Shown piece after piece: positions 39,711 through 49,400 of a stretch of 64,000 nt of DNA (position 1 is the stretch's first letter; the number at the start of each line of letters is the position of its first letter). Origin of the DNA: Gemmatimonadaceae bacterium. Lineage in GTDB: Bacteria > Gemmatimonadota > Gemmatimonadetes > Gemmatimonadales > Gemmatimonadaceae. Made by a program: the position numbers and the translations under genes. A model generated the notes under the pieces. The model made no database searches and was not told the origin of the DNA. It saw nothing but the letters and a program-made list of their open reading frames with translations. The stretch covers positions 224,001 through 288,000 of the forward strand of contig JBHYGA010000001.1 in NCBI GenBank assembly GCA_051859245.1. The letters run 5' to 3'.

Positions 39711-40349
39711 TCACGTTGGTGTGGTGCCGAACGTTGCGATGCGAATCCGGTCACCGACTGCGGACAGGGAAATCTGGTGCTGATCCGCGTGTTGCACTGC
39801 CCACTGCCACCATGCGCCGTGCATGGCGTCCACAAGCTCGAGCCGTTCACCGTTTGCTGTGGCGCTGACCACAAGCACCGTGCCTGCCGTCTGCGGTTCA
39901 TCCACAATGTGTACGGACACTCGTGTCTCCTTCCAGTTGTTGCAGATGGCACCGAACACCGCGAGTGCGATGTGCCAGAGTGGATGGGCGAGCGCGTGTG
40001 GAATGCGCACATCTTCAACCACACAGTTGATCGCGCTCCCGCGGGGCAAGAGCCCAACGCCAAACCGCGTGACGCGAGCTGCCCATTGCGAAGTCGACTC
40101 CGCCGGGGTTGGGGCAAGCGCGCTGCCGCGGTCATGCTCACGAAGCGCACGTAGCTGCTGGCCCAGCAGGCGAAGCTCGCCCGCAATCGAACGCATCGCG
40201 CGGACCGTTGCGTCGGACTGACCATGCTCCAGCACGTCGGCGCGGAGTAACAACGCGCTCGCCAGTCCGCCAATATCGTGCGCGGTGGTCGCAAGCACGT
40301 TGCGCAACATCAACACTTCTGGCTGTGACTCTTCCATAAACGGCCCCAA
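39711..40349 (-). CDS. Degenerate histidine-kinase-like protein (H-box retained, ATP-binding boxes eroded)
   Basis: AHDIGGLAS H-box helix and HATPase-like strand pattern without N/G boxes; divergent from an RR. Confidence 0.55.
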   Translation of the reverse strand: MGPFMEESQPEVLMLRNVLATTAHDIGGLASALLLRADVLEHGQSDATVRAMRSIAGELRLLGQQLRALREHDRGSALAPTPAESTSQWAARVTRFGVGLLPRGSAINCVVEDVRIPHALAHPLWHIALAVFGAICNNWKETRVSVHIVDEPQTAGTVLVVSATANGERLELVDAMHGAWWQWAVQHADQHQISLSAVGDRIRIATFGTTPT

Positions 40350-40471
40350 TCATGTGATGGCGATCACGCGATCTGTTTCTGACCGGTGCTTACAGGAACG
40401 TGCCCGTTCGCGTATGGTAGTACCCAGCTACCACTGCGGTCAGTACAGACCCACTTCTTTGTGAGAACGAT

Positions 40472-41098
40472 ATGACGGAAACAGCGATTCGCGTGTTGCT
40501 CGTAGACGACCACGCCATCATGCGTGAAGGCCTGGCCGCAGTGCTGGCGCATCACAACATTGACGTTGTGGGCCAGGCTGCCGACGGAGAAACCGCGATC
40601 TCGCTCTTTCGTTCACTCGCTCCCGACGTCTGCATTGTGGATGTACGCATGGGGCCTATGGATGGTGCCGAGCTGACACAGGAACTGCGCAATATCAATG
40701 GCGAGGCACGAGTAATTCTGCTTACGACCTATGATACCGACGAAGAAATCTTTCGCGGATTGCGCGCAGGTGCGGCAAGCTATGTGCTCAAGGACATTGG
40801 CTCAGAGGAACTGGTGTCCACGATCCGTGCGGTGTGGTCTGGCAAACGTGTGATTGCCCCGGCGATCGCGGCCAAGCTGGCCGAAAATGTCGGGGCCGAA
40901 GCGTTGACGATGCGCCAGGCGGAAGTGTTGCGCTGTCTGTCAGAGGGAAAATCGAACCTTGAAGTCGCCGAGTCCCTGTCGATCAGTGAGGGAACGGTCA
41001 AGGCACACGTAAAGGCGATTCTTGCCAAGCTCGATGCTCGCGACCGTACGCAGGCACTCATGATTGCCTTCAAGCGCGGTTTGTTGCGCGCGGTCTAG
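40472..41098 (+). CDS. NarL/FixJ family response regulator
   Basis: VDDH, VDVRM, LTT, YVLKD, LuxR HTH. Confidence 0.95.
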   Translation: MTETAIRVLLVDDHAIMREGLAAVLAHHNIDVVGQAADGETAISLFRSLAPDVCIVDVRMGPMDGAELTQELRNINGEARVILLTTYDTDEEIFRGLRAGAASYVLKDIGSEELVSTIRAVWSGKRVIAPAIAAKLAENVGAEALTMRQAEVLRCLSEGKSNLEVAESLSISEGTVKAHVKAILAKLDARDRTQALMIAFKRGLLRAV

Positions 41099-41275
41099 CC
41101 TTCGCTCGTGTGATGGATCACACGATATCATCCTCGGTGTGTAGAGAATGATCGCTCCGTTGGCGGATGCACTCGATCCGCTGCGTTGTGTAGGTTCTTC
41201 GTACAGTTCAACTGGTATCACGGCGACGACATATGGTCGTCGGCATGAAGTCTGGACTCTTTCGAGGACTCACAT

Positions 41276-42022
41276 ATGATTCGATCCATTCGCACCCCCG
41301 TCCTGCTGCTCGGCGCAGTACTGCTGACCGCCTGCAACAAGGATGCCCAGACCGAAGGAGAAGTCGCCACCGCGATGGCAGACGGTTCCATTGATACATC
41401 CATGTCTGGCGATGCCGCCGATGCGCGTGGCCTGGCGCTCGTCCGTGTTGTCAATGCAGCGCCAGACGTACGGCAGCTGACAATTCGCGGCGACAACATG
41501 CAGTCGCTGCCCGCTGTTGAATATCAGACGGTATCCCAGTACCAGAACATCGACAAGAACTGGAATACGTTTGAAGTGTCTGGTACCACCGATGGCACCT
41601 ATTCGCCGTTGGAAACCAATCGTGAAATGCTGACTGATGGTCACCGCTACACGATGGTGGTGTTGCGCGAGGAGGATGGCGGCGCCCTCAAGACACGCAT
41701 CCTGCGTGATGAAATCTCGTCGGACAACAGCAAGGCCCATGTGCGCGTGATTCACGCGGCGCGTGGCACCGATGAAATCGACGTCGTAGCGCAGGGCGGA
41801 GAAACGCTCTTCGACGGCATCAACTACTCGTCGGAAGCGGGCTTCAAGGATGTGACGCCGTGGTCTGGCACGCTTGACTTCCGCACGGAAGACGGCAACC
41901 GCTCATTGCTCACCCTTCCGAACGTCAACCTGCAGGCCGGTATGTCGTACACGATTGTGGTTGCGCGCAAGAACGCCTCGAGCGTCGAAGCGTTCTGGTT
42001 TACCGACAAGCAGATGCCGTAA
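41276..42022 (+). CDS. DUF4397 lipoprotein
   Basis: GAGGA RBS, lipobox LTAC, duplicated VRVVNAAP / VRVIHAA. Confidence 0.85.
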   Translation: MIRSIRTPVLLLGAVLLTACNKDAQTEGEVATAMADGSIDTSMSGDAADARGLALVRVVNAAPDVRQLTIRGDNMQSLPAVEYQTVSQYQNIDKNWNTFEVSGTTDGTYSPLETNREMLTDGHRYTMVVLREEDGGALKTRILRDEISSDNSKAHVRVIHAARGTDEIDVVAQGGETLFDGINYSSEAGFKDVTPWSGTLDFRTEDGNRSLLTLPNVNLQAGMSYTIVVARKNASSVEAFWFTDKQMP

Positions 42023-42047
42023 GTCGATTGCGACTAGCTTCAAACAC

Positions 42048-42087
42048 GACAACAGCGCATTCGGCTCCGGCTGAATGCGCTGTTGTC
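42048..42087. terminator. Long hairpin between convergent genes
   Basis: Perfect 15-bp stem gacaacagcgcattc / gaatgcgctgttgtc. Confidence 0.8.
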
Positions 42088-42135
42088 ATTTGCCACAGAG
42101 GGTACGGCAACTCGTCGCACCTCGCGCAGTTGCGG

Positions 42136-43329
42136 TTAATCGTCCAGCTCAAGCACCGCGTCTCCATTTCGTACACGGTGGATCGCGGCGATGAGCCGAT
42201 CGCTTTGAACGCCCTTGGCGACAAAGCCTTGCGCGCCCAACGCCATGGCGTCTCTGACCAGCTGGTGGTTCGGGAATCCGGTAAAGACAATCACCGGACT
42301 GGCCGGGCTTTCCTTGACGAGACGCTCAAGAACACGAAGCGCGTCGATGCCGTCGGGCAAATCGTAGTCCAGCAACACCACTGTTGGTTTCAGGCGCGCG
42401 ACAATCGCCACACAATCCGTGAGGGGCTCGGCCCGGTGCAGCTGGGTGAAGCCGGCTTCGAGGGTCAACCGACTCTCGAGGGCATCGATGAGGAGCGCGT
42501 TGTCGTCGATGCACATCACGGAGAACGGACCGGTCACTGTGATGTCAACCGTCGGCTGCGCTGCCGTACCGTCTTCTGTACACACGGTGAGGCTGATATC
42601 GAAGCGGACGCCGTGGCTGGAATCTTCCGCACGCGTGAGCTCTGCATTATGTGCGCGCAGGAGCGTCTGCATTTGCTCAGCGCTCAGTCCGGAGATCGAT
42701 GCAACCGCAGACTCCATGAGGCGATCGTCGGCGGTGTGGACCATCGCGGTATGTGTGCTCTGGCCGGCGTGTTCAAGCGTCAGCACGACGCGGTTCGATG
42801 TCGTCCGCGCGGTAATCTGCAGGTGTGGAGAGGGATCGCCCTGCATGAGCGCACGTGCATTCATGGCCAGCGCCATTACGACCTGGGCCAATACGTGCGG
42901 TGGCATCTCGACGGTCGGGGTGCGCTCCGGAATATCAGCGCGCACGAGTGTTCCGGGTGACGTTGCCGAGTGCACCAGCGGCGCCAGGTCGCGCCACCAG
43001 TTGGCGAGGTGTGTGGTGCACGGGACTGCCGCGACCTCTTCTGGATCTGCAACGAGGAGATGTAATCCCGCCGCAATATGTTGCATTTCGCCAATGCTGC
43101 TGCGAATCGCTCGAAGTTCGCGGTGCGTGCCTTCTCCCAGATTCGAGGCACGGGCAAGCGCATCGAGTCTGAGCATCGCAGGCGCGATCGCATTGCGCAG
43201 GTCATGTCCAAGCCCCACCGTAATTGCACCGATCGTTGCCAGCCGACCGTGTTCAAGCGCCACATGGTCCGCAGTGTTCGGCGCAGTGTGCTGCGCTGCC
43301 GGACCACGAGGTGTTTTCGGCATGATCAT
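42136..43329 (-). CDS. Sensorless hybrid histidine kinase-receiver with degenerate HATPase
   Basis: GHDLRN H-box, LAQVV..LAMNA N-box, G boxes eroded, intact REC (IDDN, LLDYDLP, FTG, AK). Confidence 0.75.
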   Translation of the reverse strand: MIMPKTPRGPAAQHTAPNTADHVALEHGRLATIGAITVGLGHDLRNAIAPAMLRLDALARASNLGEGTHRELRAIRSSIGEMQHIAAGLHLLVADPEEVAAVPCTTHLANWWRDLAPLVHSATSPGTLVRADIPERTPTVEMPPHVLAQVVMALAMNARALMQGDPSPHLQITARTTSNRVVLTLEHAGQSTHTAMVHTADDRLMESAVASISGLSAEQMQTLLRAHNAELTRAEDSSHGVRFDISLTVCTEDGTAAQPTVDITVTGPFSVMCIDDNALLIDALESRLTLEAGFTQLHRAEPLTDCVAIVARLKPTVVLLDYDLPDGIDALRVLERLVKESPASPVIVFTGFPNHQLVRDAMALGAQGFVAKGVQSDRLIAAIHRVRNGDAVLELDD

Positions 43330-43442
43330 GGGATCACCGTCTGAAGGTCTGCGGCTCGAAGTTGCATGAAGCGGTTCCTCGCAGCATACTCAGGAATCAG
43401 TGCAAGCAACATGCGCCCCAGGGGGCAGATTCACATGCTATC

Positions 43443-43829
43443 ATGACCGAGACAGGATCCAGTGCAGTACGACGAGTGCTTGTCGTGGACGACAGTGCAG
43501 ATCTGGCAGACAGCCTTGCGGCCAGTCTGGAAATATTGGGCTGCGAAGTGCGAGCGGTGAATGACGGCTCGCAGGCGCTCGCGTTGTTTCATGAATGGCA
43601 GCCACGCATCGCGTTCATCGATCTGACCATGCCGAGCATGAGTGGTTCGCAACTGCTTGACCGCATGCGCAACCAGACGGCCGGCCAATCGCTCACCGCG
43701 ATCGCGATGACGGGGCTGAGTTCAACGCGCGAACGCGAGCGGGCACTTCAGGAAGGCTTCGACGTGTTCGTGCAGAAGCCATTTGACATGAACGATCTGC
43801 GAGCCGTGCTCAGTCTGCTTCCCGACTGA
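43443..43829 (+). CDS. Single-domain response regulator
   Basis: VVDD, IDLTMP, AMTG, GFD..QKP. Confidence 0.92.
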   Translation: MTETGSSAVRRVLVVDDSADLADSLAASLEILGCEVRAVNDGSQALALFHEWQPRIAFIDLTMPSMSGSQLLDRMRNQTAGQSLTAIAMTGLSSTRERERALQEGFDVFVQKPFDMNDLRAVLSLLPD

Positions 43830-43846
43830 GCAGGCGTCGCCGTGCG

Positions 43847-43975
43847 CTAGCGCATCATGTCGCAGTTGCCAAGCACGTACCACAACACGATAAAGACCAG
43901 CACGGTGCTGAAGCACCCGCCGCCCAGCTTTTTGGCGCCATAACCAGCGGCGAGTCCTCGCAGAATTTTGCTCAT
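43847..43975 (-). CDS. Small membrane protein (42 aa) not in the ORF track
   Basis: MSKILRGLAAGYGAKKLGGGCFSTVLVFIVLWYVLGNCDMMR; ATGA overlap with the upstream stop. Confidence 0.75.
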   Translation of the reverse strand: MSKILRGLAAGYGAKKLGGGCFSTVLVFIVLWYVLGNCDMMR

Positions 43976-44631
43976 GGTGTTTCTCTGTTCGAAAGGTGAT
44001 CAAATACCATCTGTTTCATATTGTGCAATGACTCGACCGCAAACTTTCGTTGCAGGCGACGCCCCACGAGTCGAAAACCATACCGATAGAACCAGTTGGC
44101 AATGTGTCCGGTTTGCGACAGTGAATGAATTCGAAAGTCCACCTTGCCGGTTGCCAGGTGTTTCACCACCTCAAAGGTGATTTCGCCCCGCTCCAAATGC
44201 CCAGCGAGCGTGTGGTAGCTGTAGCCCCACACAGTTTCATCACCCATTGCACCACGACGCGTTTCGTCAATCACGCGATGTACCCGCACGCCGAGTTCAA
44301 ACCGCATCCACAGAAATCGCGCAGAGAGCAGCATCGGCCGCGTTTCCAGTGGTACATCAGGATCGAAACGTCCGGTGATGAGTCGCTGCGGGGTAAAGCG
44401 ATAGTCTCTGAGGATTGAGACGGCTGTGGCAAAGCTGCCGTTTGTCTCTGGCGGCCCCGCCTGCTCAGGAACCAGCGCGATTTCCCGTGCATCAATGTTC
44501 CATCCGGCCTCCGTGAGATACTGGTCGCGTTGCGTCAGATCAATCGTTGCTTCCAGCTGACTGATCGCCGCGAGGCGCGCGCGAAGCGCATCGTCAATCG
44601 CGGTCGGCCGTTCCTGTAGCATTTGATTCAA
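43972..44631 (-). CDS. DUF1990 family protein
   Basis: WGYSYHTLAGHLERGEITF; TTG start overlaps the upstream stop (alternative ATG 44622). Confidence 0.8.
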   Translation of the reverse strand: MNQMLQERPTAIDDALRARLAAISQLEATIDLTQRDQYLTEAGWNIDAREIALVPEQAGPPETNGSFATAVSILRDYRFTPQRLITGRFDPDVPLETRPMLLSARFLWMRFELGVRVHRVIDETRRGAMGDETVWGYSYHTLAGHLERGEITFEVVKHLATGKVDFRIHSLSQTGHIANWFYRYGFRLVGRRLQRKFAVESLHNMKQMVFDHLSNRETP

Positions 44632-45341
44632 TCGACGAGCTCCTCCGTGGTCACCTGAACTTCGGGCACGGTTGTCATTCCCGCCAGTTCGGCGACACGC
44701 TGAAGAAAGGTCACCCAAACTTCGGTCTGCACCTGCTGACCAACCTTGAGGGTGCCGTAGGCGAGCTCCACCGTCGCATCACGCGATCGTGCGTACGAAT
44801 CGATTTCAATCTGCAGCGCGTGCGCGTCACGCACATCTTCTGTCACCCGAAATACGATGTGACCGGCCTCCGGGTGACCTTCACAGGTGACCAGCGTAAA
44901 CGTATTCGACGTGACCTCGGAGACGCGGACACGACCGTTCCATGGACCCAGCATGGTAATCGTGTATTCGTCGTCCACCTGCATCCGATTGTTGTCTCCG
45001 ACGCTCTTCGCGAACTCGGCGAGTGAGGAGGGTGACAGTTCCGACAGATGTCGCTCGATCGCGTGCAGCAAGGACGTCGCCGAGTACGTACTGCCAACGA
45101 CCCGTACCTCGTAGTGTCGATGACGCAGCGGGCCCACACCGTCTGCCGCCTCCTGCACGTCGGACGCGCTGTTCTCTGGAGGGGGTGCTGTTGCGTTGCC
45201 TTGTGCGGTGGTTGCCTGCTCATCGCGTGGTGCCGTTCGCATGCGAATCAGCCGCAACACCAGAGCCGCGGCTGCTGCCGCGGCGCCGACAACGATCGCG
45301 GTGGCGGCCACCGTCCCGCGTGACCTCGATCGACGGCGCAT
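44628..45341 (-). CDS. DUF1990 family protein with N-terminal membrane anchor
   Basis: GPWNGRVRV, TCEGHPEAG.I.F. Confidence 0.8.
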   Translation of the reverse strand: MRRRSRSRGTVAATAIVVGAAAAAAALVLRLIRMRTAPRDEQATTAQGNATAPPPENSASDVQEAADGVGPLRHRHYEVRVVGSTYSATSLLHAIERHLSELSPSSLAEFAKSVGDNNRMQVDDEYTITMLGPWNGRVRVSEVTSNTFTLVTCEGHPEAGHIVFRVTEDVRDAHALQIEIDSYARSRDATVELAYGTLKVGQQVQTEVWVTFLQRVAELAGMTTVPEVQVTTEELVD

Positions 45342-45348
45342 GGGGACG

Positions 45349-45774
45349 CTAGCGTTCCATCAGCGATTTAAAACCACGCAGGTCCTGATCGAGCTGGTCG
45401 ATGTCGGTGGGCGCAGTCTGCGGTGGCGCGCCTGTTACATCGCCGTCCCAACTCAGCAGAATACTGACCGTGGTGTCTAGGCCGCTGCCGGCCGTGTGAA
45501 ACCAGACTTCTCCGGAGTGTGCGATGCCGGTCGCGGGCTCAGACTTCCACGAGATAAACAATCCGTGGATGAAGTCGGCGATGACCGTCGATCCCACGGT
45601 GTGCGCACACGGTGCTTTGATCCGTGGTTTCGCGGTGGCTGACACCAGCGGCCCATCAGCTGCGATCGACACCGTTGGCCGATGCGACAGGTGATACCAG
45701 GCCGTATACAGATCAATGGCCGGTCGGCGAATCTGAATCGAGCGCGTGATGCGCCGCGAGTCCACCGAGGGCAT
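45349..45774 (-). CDS. SRPBCC (cyclase/dehydrase-like) protein, divergent
   Basis: SIQIRRP..LY.AW, ISWKS..HSGEVWF, DLRGFKSLME; start uncertain. Confidence 0.65.
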   Translation of the reverse strand: MPSVDSRRITRSIQIRRPAIDLYTAWYHLSHRPTVSIAADGPLVSATAKPRIKAPCAHTVGSTVIADFIHGLFISWKSEPATGIAHSGEVWFHTAGSGLDTTVSILLSWDGDVTGAPPQTAPTDIDQLDQDLRGFKSLMER

Positions 45775-45892
45775 GGAAGAGATGTCAATCATATCTGAAC
45801 TATCGCTGCCGCAATCGGCGCTAGCGATTGCCCGCGTGACTGAAATCGCCCTATCTCTCAAGAGCAGGACGCGAGACGTCCTGCCGTCGGTG

Positions 45893-46165
45893 TCACCAGG
45901 TACGAACAAGCCGTTCGATGAGCGTGCGCTTGTCCGCCGTAAGACGAGCCACCTGGCGCTTGAGTCGCAGCAACTCACTCTGCGTATCTTCGCTCGAATC
46001 ACTGCCCGCGCTGGAGTTTGCGTTGAACTGTTCCTGCCACTCGCTCGACGTTGGTTCGCTGGAGTACATGTGGACGCTCGCTGGTGAGAATTGACGCGTG
46101 ACTTTGGACAAGGGCTGGTGTAACACGTGAGGTGTGCGACGCGATTTGTTGCGGCTATTCCTCAC
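45893..46165 (-). mobile_element. Decayed IS3-family transposase OrfA remnant
   Basis: SEPT..W..QF and ELLRLKRQVARLTADKRTL..W resemble the OrfA HTH end and leucine zipper; no OrfB or IRs seen. Confidence 0.5.
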
Positions 46166-46286
46166 ACTGTGATGCTAGACACGGCGCGCCCGCCGCACCA
46201 TCGCTCGCAAGTAGCATCTTTACGCAACTCTTCCGAATTACTGGATCGTTCTTTGGGTTGAGATCGAAAGCTGGCTACGCCGATGC

Positions 46287-46302
46287 TGGCACACGTGGTG
46301 CG
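46287..46302 (+). promoter_or_regulatory. Sigma-54 (-24/-12) promoter for the glucan synthase
   Basis: TGGCACACGTGGTGCG = GG-N10-GC with consensus TGGCAC. Confidence 0.65.
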
Positions 46303-46414
46303 TTGCTGACGACGCGTTCTTCCTCTTTGCCAGGACATCGTTATTCCGCTCGAACGACTTCTTCGCCGGTGGCGACGCGCCACGCGTGACACCACCACCG
46401 TTGACCGAGATGAT

Positions 46415-49400
46415 GTGCTCACCGGGCCGATCCGGGGAGAACTCTTCGGCGCGGAGCATTTGAGTGAGCGTGCGCGCGAGCTCGCGCACGCGCAGGTACT
46501 CTCGCTCGCACCAGCACGTCAGCGCACTCCACTGCTGGCGCGACTTGCGGATACCTCGCGCATTCTGCAGCGCGCGCATGCGCAACTCACGGCGCACAGT
46601 GAGTCGCTGAAAGATGTCGGGCCAGCTGGCGAGTGGTTTCTCGACAACTATTATGTGCTGCTCGAGCACATCGACGATGTCGTCGAGAGTCTGCCGCGTG
46701 GCTACTACCGTGAGCTGCCCACGTTGTCGAGCGGACCGCTGGCTGGTTATCCGCGCGTGTACGAAATTGCGATCACGCTGATCTCGCACAGCGAAGGCCG
46801 GATCGATTTTGATAACGTGTCCAACTTCGTTGGCGCGTTCCAGGACGTGCAGGTGCTGACGCTCGGCGAGCTGTGGGCTATTCCGGCCATGCTCCGACTT
46901 GGCCTGATTGAAAACGTGCGTCGCATGGCGCTGCGTACGACGCAGCGACTGGAGCAGGTGCAGCGTGCCGACGAGGCAGCCGCTCGCATCACGAACGCGG
47001 CCGTGGCGGGCGGTCTGTCGCTGGAAGCGGCACTGGCAAGCTTCGGAGCTGACGCCAGATCACTCAGTGACACGTTTGTAGCGCGCTTTCTGCACCAGCT
47101 TCGCGTGGAAGGTGGTGCGCTGCCGGCGGTTGTGCGCCTGCAGCACTGGATCGCCGAAGAGGCGCTGAGCGCCGAAGAGGCGACTGCGCGCGCGACACAG
47201 CGGCTGGCGCTCACGCAAGTAGTCATGGCAAACAGCATTACCAGTCTGCGCGCTATTGCGCGGGTCAACTGGCGCAACTTTGTTGAAGCGCAGAGTCACG
47301 CGGAGCACGTACTGCGCGAAGACCCCGTGGGCGAGTACGCGCGCATGACCTTCCAGACGCGTGATCGGTATCGTCATGTCGTAGAGCGCGTGGCACGGCG
47401 CACGAAGCACACCGAATCAGATGTCGCACGCATGGCCATTGCGTTGGCACGCGAGACATTGGATGAGAGCGCGTCGGGGAGCGCGAGAAGCGATGCACGG
47501 CGGTGCCATGTTGGGTACTACCTCGTAGACGAAGGATTGGCCGGGCTTGAACTCGCCGCGGGATACTCACCAACAATCGGTGAATCCATTGCGCGTGCTG
47601 TACGACAACATCCCACGATTGTGTACCTCGTGTCGGGATGTTCGGTGTTGTTCGCCGCGCTCGGCGCGTTGTTGTGGCTTGGCGGTCCTATGGTGCAGGA
47701 GTATTGGATGGTGGCGCTGTTGCTCGGCGCGCTGCCCGCCAGCGAACTGGCGGTGTCCCTCGTGAACAGGGCCGTAACGGCGGTGATGCCGCCGCAACCG
47801 TTGCCGAGGCTTGATCTTCGTGATCACGGTGTGCCTCCTGAGTTCCGCACGGCGGTTGTGATTCCCACGCTGTTTCCCAACGTGCAGGCGGTTGTTGAAG
47901 CGCTGGAGAATCTCGAGGTGCAGTATCTGGCCAATCGCGAACCGAATCTGCACTTCGCGGTGCTGAGCGACTTCACGGATGCGCCAACAGAAACCATGCC
48001 AGAGGATACGGCCATTGTTGCCGCGGCCGCTGACGGCGTGCGCGCGCTGAACGAACGCTATTCCGCCGATCGCGACGATGCCTTCTTTCTGTTCCATCGC
48101 CCGCGCCAATGGAATCCGGCCGAAGGGGTATGGATGGGCTGGGAGCGCAAGCGCGGCAAGCTCGGCGAGTTCAATCGCTACGTGTTGACTGGAGCGCGCG
48201 AGGGGTTCAGTACCACCGTTGGTGCGCTCGGTGTCCTGCGCGGCGTGCGGTATGTCATCACGCTCGACGCTGATACGGTCCTGCCGCCTGATGCGGCGCC
48301 TGATCTGATTGGATCCATCGCTCACCCACTTAATCGCGCGGAGTATGAAAACGAGCGCGGCCGTGTTGTGCGTGGTCACAGCATTCTGCAACCACGCGTG
48401 GGCGTGTCGCTCGCCAGCGCGCATCGTTCATCGTTTGCCGCGATTTACTCGGGGCATCCGGGCGTTGATCCGTATACCGTTGCAGTCTCTGACGTGTACC
48501 AGGATCTCTTTAGCGAAGGCAGCTTCACGGGAAAGGGCATCTACGATGTTGAGATGTTCGAACAGGCCACTCACGGTCGATTTCCCGAGAACACCCTGCT
48601 ATCGCACGACCTGATCGAGGGCAACTACGCGCGAGCCGGTCTTGTCACCGATGTCATCGTGTACGATGACTATCCCACGCGTTATCTCACCTTCTCGCGA
48701 CGCAAGCATCGATGGATTCGGGGTGATTGGCAGTTGCTTCCGTGGGTGTCGGGCACCGTGCCCGGACCACGCGGGCCGGAGCGCAATCGGCTGTCACTGC
48801 TCTCGCGCTGGAAGATTCTCGACAACTTGCGCAGAAGTCTGGTAGAGCTGTCGCAGTTCATGTTTCTTATCGTTGGCTGGCTCGTGCTGCCGGTATCGAC
48901 GTTACGCTGGACGCTCCTTGGCCTTGGCGCCATCGCGGCGCCGTGGATTGTGTCGCTGCTGATTTCAGCGGCGCGCCCGCCGCGCGATAAATCCTGGCGC
49001 ACGTACTATCGTGCCATCGGACAAGACGCACTGAACAGCCTCCGTCAGATTGGTCTGGCGATTTGTTTCCTGCCGCATCAGGCCTGGCTGTCCGTGGACG
49101 CCATCATGCGCGCGCTGTGGCGGGTGTATGTCTCGCGCCGGATGTTGCTCGAATGGCAGACCGCACAGCAGGCTGAACACGCGGCCCCCAATGATGCGTC
49201 GGCCACGTGGCGATTGATGTGGCCGGCGAGCGTTGCTGTCGCGCTGCTCACGATGTGGATGTTGTGGGGTGCCTCAAGCATGATTGAGCGTCCCGTGTGG
49301 CCGCTGGTCATTGGAGTGCTGCCACTCCTGCTGGTCTGGCTCATCGCACCAACGGTTGCGCACAGCCTCAGCACCACCAAGGCGCCGCGGCGACATGTGC

